Assembly: GCA_000004695.1 (NCBI GenBank)
Contig: CM000152.2
Coordinates: 1-64,000 of the forward strand
Source of the DNA: Dictyostelium discoideum
Lineage: Eukaryota
Direction of reading: 5' to 3'
Length of the DNA stretch: 64,000 nucleotides
The notes below the pieces were generated by a model that did no database searches, was not told the DNA's origin, and saw only the letters and a list, made by a program, of their open reading frames with translations. Made by a program: the position numbers and the translations under genes. Position 1 is the first letter of the stretch. Every line of letters begins with the position of its first letter. This document shows positions 35,303 through 49,403 of the stretch, in pieces.

Positions 35303-35686
35303 CAAATAAATAAATATTTATTAGGATTAAAAAAAACATTGATTTTTAGCATTGGAAATTATAATAGAGTTTCTTGTTTAAAATTATTATGGATTTTGGA
35401 TAAAGATAATCAATCTTTCTTTTCCAATGGTAATAAATTATTAAGATATATATACACTCAAAAATTTAATTCTTGTGAAGTTCTCTCTGAAGTTTCTGAC
35501 ATTTTAAAAAATGACTTGGATTTTTCTAAAAAAAAAACAAAAAAACAAAATAATCATGAAAATGGGTGTGAGGAAGAAAGTAGTGATATAGATGAAGAAG
35601 ATGAGGACGGTAGTAATATTGATGAAGATGGCAGCGATATAGATGAAGACGAGCATGTAAATGAATATGCTGAAAGTGGAAATTAA
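32996..35686 (+). CDS. intact 896-aa member of a Dictyostelium-specific paralog family (no known domain); reference copy for the split paralog at 25.8-29.2 kb
   Basis: Single uninterrupted ATG-initiated ORF. Its N-terminal half matches 25791-27156 and its C-terminal half matches 27483-29204. It ends in an acidic tail. Confidence 0.8.
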
Positions 35687-35994
35687 ATAAAATAAAATAA
35701 AGTAAAATAAAATAAATAAAAAACAATAATAAAAAAAAAAAAAAATAATAAAAACTAGAGTAATAATAAAATAATAATAATAAAAAAAAATCTAATACAA
35801 TAAATACTTTTTTTTACATTAAAAAAATAAATTTAATGTAAATCAATAAATCAAAAAAAAAATAGATTTCTAAAGATATTTTAAAAAAAATATTTTAAAA
35901 AAAAAACTAAATAAAAAAATATAAAAAAAATATAAAAAAGAAAATGTGATGGTTATTTTTATAAAAACTAATTAAAAAAAATAATTAATAAAAA

Positions 35995-36050
<56 letters not shown>

Positions 36051-36054
<4 letters not shown>

Positions 36055-37385
36055 TCAAGAAGGCACCAGCTAAAACAACTGAAATTGGAAAACCAACTAT
36101 TCGGGTGACCAAAAATAGTGAACCAAATATCGCAATTTTTTTACATCGTCATCATCATCAACATCGTCATCTGGTAGTGATGAATACTCAATGTATTCAT
36201 CATCATCATCATCACCACCATTATCTTCTGGTAATGAAGAATCCTCGATATATTCACCCCATACAACAGTGAAACCGAGTGGTATTTCAAAACTAGCCGC
36301 TCAACATTTAAAGAACCCAGCTCCAGCCACACCAGATTCAAAAGAAGCACCAAGGGTTTCAAGAACATTAAGATCCCAATGTATTAACATCATCCTCTTC
36401 ATCATCTTCATCATCATCGTCATCACCATTATTATCCTCTGGTAGTGAAGAACCCTCAATATATTCATACTATTCAAAAGTAAAACCCAGTGGTGTTTCA
36501 AAACCAGCCGCTCCATATTTAAAGAAACCACAAGAAAATTGGCCAGCTCCAGCAGCGCCAGGTTCAAAGGAAGCACCAAGATTACTAGATCTCCCAATGT
36601 ATTAACATCATCGTCATCATTGTCATCACCATCATCATTATCATCCTCTTTATCCTCTGGATATGAAGAATCCTCAATATATCAGCCTCTAGATCAGCAA
36701 ACCCCAGTGTTGCTTTAAAACCAGCTCCAAATAAAAAGAAGTCAGCACCAGCCCCTCCACAAACAAGGAAATCACCAAGGGTTTCACGATCAAATTCATC
36801 ATTATCATCATCACCATTATCACCATCATCATCACCATCATTACTGTCATTACAGTCATCACCATCATCCCTATCATTACCGTCATCACCAACACCATCA
36901 TCACCATCATCACCATCATCATCACCATCATCACCATCATCACCATCATCATCACCATCATCACCATCATCACTATCATCACCATCATTATCATCTCTAT
37001 CCTCCCCAAGAGCAAAGAGAGCAGCACCAACCCCTCTAAATTCAAAGGAAGCACCAAGAGTTTCAAAACCAAATTCAAATTCTTCCCCAAGAAAGAAAAA
37101 AAGAAAAATTTAGTATTAAGAGAAATTAAGAAGCACCAAAAATCGGATAAGCTTCTTTTACCTCTACTTTCTTTTTCTCGATTGGCCAGAGAAATTTTGG
37201 ATGGTTTCGGCACTAATTTAAGAATCACTCCTGGTTGTCTTATAGCTCTTCAATATGCTTTTGAATCCCACATGACTTTAATATTGGAGAATTGTGGTAT
37301 TATGGCTTTTTATGGAAAAAGAAAAACCATTAATAGAAGTGATATGAGACTTCATTCGAGAATTTGTCCACTCTTTAAAAATTAA
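36051..37385 (+). CDS. histone H3 variant with a long repetitive Ser/Pro-rich N-terminal extension (candidate CenH3-like), disrupted by frameshifts and stops in this sequence
   Basis: C-terminal histone fold at 37100-37385 (LVLREIKKHQKSDKLLLPLLSFSRLAREILDGFGTNLRITPGCLIALQYAFESHMTLILENCGIMAFYGKRKTINRSDMRLHSRICP) aligns with H3 alphaN-alpha3. This frame is open from 36667 with no internal ATG. The ATG at 36051 (MVKKAPAKTTEIGKPT...) is in the same frame, but stops and shifts intervene among three tandem units of about 235 bp (KEAPRVS..., poly-Ser). Confidence 0.55.
36150..37100 (+). repeat. three imperfect tandem units of about 235 bp encoding a Ser-rich, Pro-rich histone-tail repeat
   Basis: Repeated blocks: (TCA)n ... 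SSG(N/S/Y)EE(S/P)SIY ... KEAPR(V/L)S ... with the conserved junction sequence CCCAATGTATTAACATCATC. They lie inside the H3-variant gene. Confidence 0.7.
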
Positions 37386-37702
37386 AATACCCTCAAATAA
37401 TATATAAAAAAAAACATAATAAAAATTTAATTTAAAAAATAAAGTTATTTATATTTATAAAAAATTCCACAACTGTTCCTTTAATTTTTTTTTTTTTTAT
37501 TTTACTGAATTATTAAATAAACAATTAAATAAAAAAAAATAAATAATAAATAATATTAAATAAAAAAAAACTAAAAAAAAACAATAAATTATAGATATAT
37601 TAAAAAAAAAAAAGATTTTAGATAGAAATTAAAAGAAAGTAAGAATTGATAAATATATATTAGAAGCAAAGAGATAATTTTATTTCCTTTTTTTTTTTTT
37701 AT

Positions 37703-39178
<1,476 letters not shown>

Positions 39179-39262
39179 TTCTATTGTGGTGTTGCATCGT
39201 GGGTGAGTTAGTGGATTTGGATGGTGTTTTTTTAAAAGAAAAAAAAAATGAAAAAATTAAAT

Positions 39263-39306
<44 letters not shown>

Positions 39307-39335
39307 CAAATCATTTTTTGCAAGTAGCAATATCA

Positions 39336-39431
39336 ATGATAATTGTAAAACCTTATTGGGTCGATCATCATGGTAAATAGAATTTAAAAAATAAAAAATA
39401 AACAAAAACATAAAATTAGAAAATGTTTTAA

Positions 39432-39471
<40 letters not shown>

Positions 39472-40956
39472 ATGATACAGGAACACCAATATTTTCAATT
39501 GATGTGCACCCTGATGGTAAAAGATTAGCTACATGTGGAGGAGATTCAAATATAAAAATATGGAATATTGAACCAATATCCGATGAGATTATGGAAGATG
39601 ATGCTGATGATACAAGCAACAAAAGAACAACAACACCAACACCAAAATTATTATATTCAATTAATTATGCACATTCAAAATCAATTAACAGTATCAAATG
39701 GTCAAAAGATGGTAGATATTTAGCATCAGTTTCAGATGATAGAGAATGTATAGTTTGGACACTTTCACCATTTCAATCAGCAAATACACCAGAGATTTGG
39801 ACGAGTATAGTTTGCCTTAAAGGTCATAGTGCTGATATCACCGATGTTATTTGGTCAGCAGATAATCAATTTTTAGCTACTTGTAGTTTAGATAAAACAA
39901 TTTTAATTTGGGAAACTACTAAATTTGGTATCTATATATTTTATACTATTTATTTATTTATTTTTATTTATAATTCTTGTTATTCTAACTTTTTTTTTAT
40001 TTATTTTAGGAATTATAAAAAAGTTAGAAAAACAAGAAAAGTTTATAAATGGAATTACATGGGATCCAATGGGTAAATACTTGGTTTCACAATCAGATGG
40101 TTTGATATGTATTTGGAATACTATCAATTGGAATTGTGAAAAAGTAATTAAAGATGTTGTTGGTGGTTTAGATTTAAAATCTTTCTTTTTAAGATCAAGT
40201 TGGACACCAGATTCTAAATATTTTATATCAACTCAAGGTTTTAATAAAAATAATCATTCAGCTATATTAATAGGTAGAGATAATTTTATAAATAATCATT
40301 ATGGTAATCATAATGACAATGGTAATGATGATGGTAATGATGATGGTAATGATGATGGTAATGATGGTAATGATGATGGTAATGATGACACCTTTGAATT
40401 GGTAGGCCATACGGATGTAGTTTCAGTTTCAAAATGTTCTCCAATTATATTTAAAGATAATTCAAATAATTATTTTTCATTAATTTTATTAGGAAGTGTT
40501 GATTCAACATTCTCATTATGGTTATCACCACCTACTACTACTACTACTACTACTACCGATACCAATACCAATAATAGTATTAAGAGATCGCCACCTCAAC
40601 TTATAATGGTTTGTAAAGAAGTTTTTAAAAATACAATACAAGATGTTTCATGGTGTCCTGATGGTTTATCATTTTTTGTTTGTTCAATTGATGGAACTAT
40701 TGCCTATATATCATTGAAACTACATGAAATTAGTGATGGATCACTTCAACCTATCAGTCATAGAGAAAAACAACAATTCTTTAAAAAATCTTATAATTTT
40801 AATTTACCAAATGAAATAGAACTATTTATTCATAAAAGAAATCAAATACCAACTAAACCAATCACTAGAACTACCCAAGAAGTACTATCTACTCAAAAAC
40901 AGTCAACAACTTTAACTGGAAAGAAAAGAATAACACCAGTTACAACTACATATTAA
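39336..40956 (+). CDS. HIRA-like WD40 histone chaperone (HIRA/CAF-1 p60 family), three exons, WD-repeat portion only
   Basis: Exon 1 is 39336..39372 (MIIVKPYWVDHH + g, compare human HIRA MKLLKPTWVNHNG). Intron GTAAAT..ACAG. Exon 2 is 39481..39927 (GTPIFSIDVHPDGKRLATCGGDSNIKIWN..., WSKDGRYLASVSDD, LKGHSADITDVIWS). Intron 39928..40009. Exon 3 is 40010..40956 (ITWDPMGKYLVSQSDGLICIWN..., KKRITPV). It stops at about 476 aa and lacks the C-terminal Hira domain. Confidence 0.8.
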
Positions 40957-41607
40957 AAATTCTTCTATTTTTGTGGATTTAAATAAACATGGATTTAGAT
41001 TATAATTATAAATTGTTGGGGAACTGTAAAATAACTCTTTTATTAAAACAAAAAAATAAAAAAAAATAATTAAAGAAATTTTTTTATTTTTTAATTTCTC
41101 CAGATATTTTATAATAATTAAAAAAAATATATATTAAGTAAAGAAAAAATAAATAAATAATATATAGTTTAAATTAAATTAAAGAAATTATTATGCTTTA
41201 CAATTTTTTTTTTTTTTTATTTGTTTTTTGGGGATGGGAATTACAATAAAAAAAAAAAAAAAATTTAATTTTTAATAATTATGCAAAATAATAATTTCAA
41301 AAATCGTTTATATTTTTCCGTTTTAAAAATAAAAATAAAAAAAAAAAAAATATGAAAATAAACCTTGAGAAAAGAAAAAAAAAAAACGTTTTTAGTTTAA
41401 TTCTGAAAATTTCCACAAAATAAAAAAAAAATTTTTAACTTTTTTTTTTTTTTTTTTATTCATTTATGATTTCCTACATTTATTAACATAATATAATACT
41501 ATAATTTTATTATTTGGAAGTGCTCTAAATATAAAATTAAATTTATAAAAAATAAAAGAAAAAAAAAAAAAAAACAAAAAAAAAATATAAAGATAATAAA
41601 AACACAA

Positions 41608-41862
41608 ATGCCAATGTTAGATGAAAATGCAGATACATTTCAATTCCAACATTCATTATTTCAATCACCATACTCACCATCTAAAAGTGAAGAAGATGAT
41701 ATATTAAATAATAAAATAAATGGTAATAGCAATAATTGTATCAATATAAATAGCGGTAGTAGTAGTAATGCAACAAATTGGATAGATGATGATAGTTTTA
41801 CTCAACACCATCTATCACCATTAAAAAATCCTCATTTTCAATATCAACACCACAATAATTTT

Positions 41863-41897
<35 letters not shown>

Positions 41898-42450
41898 ACA
41901 TTTATCACCAATAAAACAAATTAATTTAATTGATAATGAAAATCATAATTGGTTTGAACCTACATCTTCAACATTATCTACATCTTATTCACCAAGTTCT
42001 GATATTTTATTTTCATCGCCCTCTCCTTCATCAAATATTTTATCAAATACTTTACCAATACAATTTTATCATCAACCACAACAACAACAACCACAATCTT
42101 TTCAATTTTTACAACCAAAAACAACTTTAATATCACCATTTTCTCCAAATCAAACTAATACAATTAATATGACACCTCAGTCTCAACAACAACTTCAACA
42201 ACTCCAGCAACTCCAACAACAACAACAACAACAACAACAACCTAAAAAACAAATTAAAAAACCCCTACCAAATTTAAATAATATGATTTGTAAGGAATGC
42301 AATATAAAATTAAAAGCAAAATATATAAGTTTAGATGAGGTTTTATTTATGTGTCCAAAAGAGGGTTGTTTATTCCCATTGCAAGAAAAAGAAATGTGTT
42401 CCTTTATATTTGATTCTTGTTTATTTAAAAGACAACAAAATAAAAAGTAA
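41608..42450 (+). CDS. hypothetical protein (280 aa) with a C-terminal Cys motif (CKECN...CPKEGC)
   Basis: ATG-initiated ORF with poly-Asn and poly-Gln tracts. No recognised domain. Confidence 0.45.
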
Positions 42451-42509
42451 TTTATTATAATAATTTTATAAAGTTTTAAAAAAAATAATTATTTTATTTA
42501 TTTATTTAT

Positions 42510-44486
42510 TTATGAAAAATGAGCATCTAAATAAGAAAATAATTTAAAGTTTGATTTTGTATGTGAAATTAATTTATAATATTCCCAAAGTGCTTTATAG
42601 AGGCCACCAACAGTAACTTTTTTTAAATGAAGAAAACTAATCATTTGAGTTAATTCATCAGTAAATTCTTGATCACCAAATGAAAAGTAAACTAAATCAC
42701 GACCAGCTTGAGAACCAGACATTAATTGAATGATTGATTTCAAATGTTTATCACCACCAAAAACACCACAACCCCAATTACCAGTTGCAACAGGTGGTGG
42801 AATGGTTAGGGAGACTCTATCAAAGAAACCACATAATGATTTATTTAATTCCCTTTCCACAGCAGAAGGTGAAAATTGTTGAAAACTATTACCACCATGT
42901 GGTAACTTTATGGCATCCATAGCTACGATACTTGTTAAACGTCTACCCATTTGATCATATGGTGTTTTGTCAATGTATGGACCATTCCATTGGAAACTAT
43001 CACCATAACCTGTGTATTTACTAAAACGTTGACTTCCAGTGATGATAACAGTTTCATTCTCTTGTAGGATTGATGTGAATAAACAAGATACTAACAACTC
43101 TGGATTAATGACGAATCTAATCTCCTCTTGAACACAACCATAACCTAAAACACCACCACCCAATGATTTATTTGCGAAATCAGCTTGTAACATACCAATG
43201 CCATTATCCTCGATTGTGCCCTCTGTAAAACAAGTTAAATCTCTTAATGTTGCAGTTGATCTCTCCCAATCGGGTATTTCACTCTCATCGAAAACTTGTC
43301 TATGAAATGATATTGTACCAGTTGGTGTTTTTTCGGTTACACATTTAAAATAATGAAATATACATTTTAATTTCGCTGCTCTACTTGGAATCATTTTACC
43401 AGAAAATAATGAATGGAAATTAATTGATGGGAATTTATCTTGATTTCCACCTCTACGATAATGATTATTATTATTGTTATTATTATTTGAAGTTATATTA
43501 CCTTGACGTGGAAAAGTACAAAGGAAAGCATTAGCCAATAAGGATGAAACTTGTTTTTGTGATAAAATGATTTCACGATCCACTGAACTCTTTAATAATG
43601 GTATTGGACGTGCACATAAAAATGGTAATTGTAATGCAAGTTTTATAATCTTTGGTAATGTTTGGCTAAAAAATTCATTGGTTTCACTCTCTGTAAATTC
43701 AGTTTCAAAGAAATCATGTAATCCTTGGAAATCCCAATTACTTCTTTGATTGTATGATTTAACTGCCTCTTCAAATGCTTCAGAGTTTTTGATTGGATTT
43801 GATAAAATCGTATTAATTAAATACCATTTACTTAAATATCTAACCTCTGTAACTGTTTTTATTTCATCTTCAATCGCATAACCACCATCGAGTGTAGTTT
43901 GTGTTAAACCACTCGATTGTCTACTTGTGGTTTTAACAGTAGCTTTATAAACATTATTCTTTGAACATGGTAACTTTACATAATCTGAATTCCAAACATC
44001 AACATATTTCTCACCCTCTAATGGTATTAAAAATATAGTATTACTCTGTTGTTCTTCTAATAAAAAATCATCAATATCTTCCATTTTATTATCTATATTT
44101 GAATTTGAATTTGAATTATTATTTATATTTGATGTTGAAGTTGTTGTTGTCGTCGTTGTCGTATTACTACTTTTTGATCTCTTTACTTCATTTTGATTTG
44201 GTAAATTATCATCAATCAATTGAGTTTGTTCAATTTCATCATTTTGAACTATTTTTGGTTTATTATTCTTATTTGATTCAATCTCTTTCGATATATAATC
44301 CAATTGAGTATTATTTACAATTGTATCTGTTCTTTCAATTTGTTTTCTTTTATTACTATTGTTGTTATTATTATTATTATTGCTATTATTATTTTTATTA
44401 TTATTATTTTCGTTGCTGCTGATGTCGCTTGGTGATTTCACTTTTGTAAAATAGTTTGTAATTTTACCTTTGTCTGGCGAAGACAT
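42510..44486 (-). CDS. parg: poly(ADP-ribose) glycohydrolase (PARG)
   Basis: PARG catalytic signature GGGVLGYGCVQEEIRFVINPELLVSCLF plus TGSQRFSKYTGYGDSFQW and ATGNWGCGVFGGDKHLKSIIQLMS. Low-complexity N-terminus. Single exon. Confidence 0.88.
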   Translation of the reverse strand: MSSPDKGKITNYFTKVKSPSDISSNENNNNKNNNSNNNNNNNNSNKRKQIERTDTIVNNTQLDYISKEIESNKNNKPKIVQNDEIEQTQLIDDNLPNQNEVKRSKSSNTTTTTTTTSTSNINNNSNSNSNIDNKMEDIDDFLLEEQQSNTIFLIPLEGEKYVDVWNSDYVKLPCSKNNVYKATVKTTSRQSSGLTQTTLDGGYAIEDEIKTVTEVRYLSKWYLINTILSNPIKNSEAFEEAVKSYNQRSNWDFQGLHDFFETEFTESETNEFFSQTLPKIIKLALQLPFLCARPIPLLKSSVDREIILSQKQVSSLLANAFLCTFPRQGNITSNNNNNNNNHYRRGGNQDKFPSINFHSLFSGKMIPSRAAKLKCIFHYFKCVTEKTPTGTISFHRQVFDESEIPDWERSTATLRDLTCFTEGTIEDNGIGMLQADFANKSLGGGVLGYGCVQEEIRFVINPELLVSCLFTSILQENETVIITGSQRFSKYTGYGDSFQWNGPYIDKTPYDQMGRRLTSIVAMDAIKLPHGGNSFQQFSPSAVERELNKSLCGFFDRVSLTIPPPVATGNWGCGVFGGDKHLKSIIQLMSGSQAGRDLVYFSFGDQEFTDELTQMISFLHLKKVTVGGLYKALWEYYKLISHTKSNFKLFSYLDAHFS

Positions 44487-44638
44487 TTTTTTATTGTATG
44501 TATTATATAAGTGTGATTAATATCACAGTGGTGTTAACTATTTTTTTTTTTTTTTGATCTTAAATTTTATTTTATTTTTTATAAAAATACAACAATGAAC
44601 CAAATCAAATAAGATTATTAGATTTTATTTAATTGAGG

Positions 44639-44673
<35 letters not shown>

Positions 44674-44704
44674 AAAATTAAATTTATTAATAAAATTAAA
44701 AAAA

Positions 44705-44739
<35 letters not shown>

Positions 44740-44862
44740 AAAAAACTTTTTTTTTCAAAAAAAAATAAAAATTATCAGAAAATATAAAAAATCATTTCAT
44801 TTTTTTTTTACGAGATATTTTCGTTCTGTTCACAGTTTTGGTTTTAGTAAAATATTCTTAAA

Positions 44863-44913
44863 ATGGAAATTAATAAAAATGATAATAATAATAATATAAA
44901 CAATAATAATATA

Positions 44914-45012
<99 letters not shown>

Positions 45013-45824
45013 CAAAATAATAATCAAAAAAATAATTATAGGAATTATAAACCAATTAAAACAGGTACATTAATACAACATCAAATATTACAACAAACAT
45101 TAAGTAATTTTCAAACAAAGAATAAAGTATTTCAATTGGGAAGCGATAAATTAATATTAATTTTCAAAGAAAATGAAACCATTTATTTCCATGGTACTAT
45201 TCAAGCACGTTCAATAATTGGATCGGTAGAAGTTTATGGATATACAATTACACCACAATCTACTACATACTATCCAATTTATTCACCATTTTGTTCACCA
45301 ACTTTATCAATTACAAGTAATAATAGTAATAATAAATTATACACATTAAAAGAAATAATAGAAAATCAATTAATTAAAATACCAGAATTAGTTAAAAATA
45401 AATTAAAAGAGAATGAAAAACAAATTGAAATTGATGAACCAACATTAGCAATTTCATCAATTATAGTATTAAAGATTTTAGATGATCATTGTGAAAATCC
45501 TAAAATGTTTACAAAGAAAAAGATTGAAATCATTGATTCATTTAAACTTTTAAAAGGTTTTTATCCATTATATCAACCAGATTTTAATACTCAATTATTA
45601 ACAATACCAAATGAATGGTTAAATTTAATAAATACTCAATTCTTATATAATGATCATTGTAATAATAATGGTTTATCAATTTTAACTTGTGGTGAAAGAA
45701 ATGTTGGTAAAAGTACATTTAATAGAATTTTAATTAACAAACTTTTAAAAAAGTATGTATATTATTAAATAATTTATATATATTTTTTAAAATATAATTT
45801 ATTAATTCTTTGTATTATTTTTAT

Positions 45825-45862
<38 letters not shown>

Positions 45863-46207
45863 TATACACATATAATTTTTATTGAAACTGATACAGGTCA
45901 AACTGAATTTACACCAAGTGGTATAATGTCAATTGATATTATAAATTCGCCATTATTAGGACCACCATTTACTCATTGTAAAAATAATCCATTAAAATCT
46001 TATTTCTTTGGTGATACATCACCAAAGAATAATCCAGAATATTTTTTAAATTTATCATTTCAATTAATTGATTGTTGTAATTTAATAAAACAACAATATC
46101 CAAATATACCAATAATTTTAAATACAAACGGTTGGTTAAAAAGTTTAGGTCTTCATTTAACTCAAGAAATTATAAAATATTTTAAACCAACATCAATAGT
46201 CCAATTA

Positions 46208-46272
<65 letters not shown>

Positions 46273-47023
46273 TAATAATAATAATAATTTAAATGATAAT
46301 TTAAATAATTTTATTAATAGATTTGATAGTACTGTTACATTTTCTCAAGATTGTATTAATCAATTATTTGAAGATTGTGATGATGATAATGATGATAATA
46401 AAAATTTAAAAACAACAATAATTACAAAATTATATTCAATTAATAGTATTAATAATTTTAGTCAATCAATATATAAACCAATTTTTAATTTGGGATCATC
46501 AGAAATTAGAAATTTAATGTTTAAAAGTTATTTTAAATTAGAGAGTAAAGGATCATTATCACATCAATCACCCTATCAAGTATCATGGAAAGAATTAAAA
46601 GTTAAAATTTTAACCAATAATGTACCACCAAGTCAAACTATGTATGCATTGAATGCAAGTTTAGTTGGAATTTGTATCGATGAAGATCCTGAAAAGAATT
46701 ATAAATATATATCATATAAAGTTGGTAATAATTTACCAACGATCATTAATCAATCACCTTTAATTTCACAATGTATTGGTTTGGGTTTAATTCGTTCAAT
46801 CGATATGGTAAATGGTTATTACTATATAATCACTCCAATCGATCCTTCATTACTTGAAATCTCAAATACAATTTTAAAAGGTTCAATTGAAATCCCTCAA
46901 ACTCTTACTATCTCTGTATCTTCAAAAGGTAAAATATTGGTACCATACCTTCAATTAGATGTCCTCTCTTCTTATGGAACTGGTTCAGATGTAATGAATA
47001 GACCTTCTTTCTTTGATGATTAA
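44863..47023 (+). CDS. Grc3/NOL9/Clp1-family polynucleotide 5'-kinase, two exons
   Basis: Exon 1 is 44863..45752 (poly-Asn, P-loop ILTCGERNVGKSTFNRILINKLLKK). Intron 45753..45861 (GTATGT..AG). Exon 2 is 45862..47023 (YTHIIFIETDTGQTEFTPSGIMSIDI...). Confidence 0.75.
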
Positions 47024-47128
47024 AATAAATAAAATAAAATAAAATAAAATAAAAAAATATTAACTACTGCTCCCTTTAATTATTTATTATTAAAAATATT
47101 AATAATTTTATAATATTAAAATAAATAG

Positions 47129-47160
<32 letters not shown>

Positions 47161-47290
47161 AACAATTTTTTGTTTTATTTTATTTATTTACACAAGTGAA
47201 ATTAATCAACATTTTATTACACTTGATCTGATTGTTTTTTATTTTTATTTACTTTTTTTTTTTTTTTTTTAAAGTTTTTTACCTTATTAT

Positions 47291-48755
47291 TTAAATACCT
47301 GGTAAAGTGAATTTTGAAGAGAATTCTTCAACTTCTTTACGTAAATCTAATAATTCTTTTGATTTATTAATTTCAACAACAAAATCAACCAATTTCTTAC
47401 CGACACGACCTTGAATTTCAAGAGAGATTGAAACGATTCTATCAAGGAAATCAGCAATCTTTTCAAAATCGGCTTCCTTTAAACCTCTACTTGTGAGAGC
47501 AGATGAACCAATACGAATACCACCTGGTGAAATTGCATTGGTATCACCATGGACGGCATTTTTATTGACGGTGATATTAGCGATATCGGCAGCTTTTTCA
47601 AATTTATTACCAGTGAGTTCCTTTGGTCTTAAATCCCAAAGAATTAAATGATTGTCAGTACCATTTGTAACCAATTTATAACCTTTGTTCATGAGAGCAT
47701 TACCAATGGCAGCGGCATTCTTTTTAACTTGAAGGGCATACTCTTTGAATTCTTGAGAGTCGGCTTCTTTGAGAGCAACAGCAACACCAGCAATAACATT
47801 TTCATGTGGACCACCTTGGAGTGATGGGAAAACTGCGAAATTGATCTTTGATTCAATGTCGTACTCTTCAATTTCTTTACCATTACCATCGACTCTTTTA
47901 CCTCTTCTAAAGAAGATGATTCCTGAACGTGGTCCTCTTAAGGTTTTATGAGTGGTACTGGTGACAACATCACAATAATCGAATGGTGAATCCAATAATT
48001 GAGCAGCTACTAAACCACTGTAATGAGCCATATCACACATTAAATAAGCACCAACTTTATCGGCGATTGCTCTCATTCTCTTGTAATCCCATTCTCTTGG
48101 ATAAGCAGATGCACCTGAAATGATTAATTTTGGTTTGAACAATAATGCATTCTCTTCTAAACGTTGATAATCGATTAAACCATCAGCACCAATTTGATAT
48201 GGCATTGATTCGAAAAAGATTGATGATGCTGAAATCTTCTTCTTATCGGTTTGATAACCATGAGTTAAATGACCACCTGATGGTAAATCTAAACCCATTA
48301 TACGATCGTGTGGTCTTAATAATGCTGTGTAAACTGCGAAATTGGCTGGACTACCACTGTATGGTTGAACATTAACACCCCATTTACTCTCATCCAAACG
48401 GAATGCTTTTAATGCTCTCTTTTGACAAAGAGTTTCTAATTCATCAACAACTTCTGTACCACCATAATATCTTGAACCTGGATAACCTTCTGCATATTTA
48501 TTTGTAAAATGTGATCCTAATGCTTCCATAACTGCTCTTGATGTAAAATTCTATTTAAAAAAAAAAAAATAAAAAAATAAAAAAATAAAAATTATTAGAT
48601 TTTATTTTTAATTAAAAATAATGAATAAACAAAAAACATACTTCAGAGGCAATTAATTCTAAACCTTTAAATTGTCTATCTTTTTCTCTATTCATTAATT
48701 CAAAGATTTCATTATCAACTTCTTTTAATGGTGTATTACCTGATACTGAACCCAT
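47291..48755 (-). CDS. shmt1: serine hydroxymethyltransferase (SHMT), two exons, no mitochondrial presequence
   Basis: Exon 1 is 48755..48642 ([38 protein letters not shown]). Intron 48641..48551 (GTATGT..ATAG). Exon 2 is 48550..47291 ([25 protein letters not shown]...[12 protein letters not shown]...). Confidence 0.88.
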
Positions 48756-49077
48756 TTTATATGTATATGTATATTATATAATTACTTGTGTGAGTAAAAT
48801 AAAATAATAAAAAAAAAAAAAAAAAAAAATGCAATAAAAAAAAAAATAAAATAAAATAAAAAAGTGTGAATTTTATTTTTTTTTTTTTTTTATTTTTTTA
48901 TTTTTTAGGCTTTTCCAAAAGTTTAATTGCCGAAATAAAAAAAAAAAAAAAAAAAAATTAAAAATTAATTAAAAATAGAAAATCTTTAGTGATCACGTAT
49001 TGACTCTTCATGTGATTTAATATTAAAAACCAGTCTCTGACTCATCGTTTTGCTTTTTCAAAAAAAAAAAAAATTAA

Positions 49078-49113
<36 letters not shown>

Positions 49114-49293
49114 AAAATCAAAATTGTTTGGACGGTCTCCAAAAATCTATTTTTAGATTGATTTTTTTTTTGTGTAAATTTACAAAACATCAAAATAAAA
49201 TTAAATAAATGGTTAACTGTATTAAAATTTTTTTTTTTATTTTAAAAAAAAAAAAAAACATTTTATTATTTTTTTTATTTATTACATATATTC

Positions 49294-49387
<94 letters not shown>

Positions 49388-49403
49388 TTTTTTTTTTTTT
49401 TTT

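Noticed and set aside
36300-36460. Possible 66-nt GT...AG introns at the H3-variant repeat-unit junctions (GTATTAAC...CTGGTAG)
   Set aside because: The candidate introns are C-rich rather than more than 85% A+T as Dictyostelium introns are. Splicing them would still leave stop codons, and the frame changes differ between junctions.
36141-37228. Minus-strand ORFs (36141-36368, 36301-36597, 36689-37228) overlapping the H3-variant tail repeats
   Set aside because: They are antisense readings of the TCA/CAT-rich tail repeats, giving Met/Val/Ile-rich nonsense. The histone-fold frame on the plus strand explains the region.
40957-41607. Possible missing 3' exons of the HIRA-like gene in the AT-rich spacer
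   Set aside because: No GT donor follows the KKRITP codons in frame, and no coding-like segment is visible before the next gene. Left as an open question in the findings rather than annotated.
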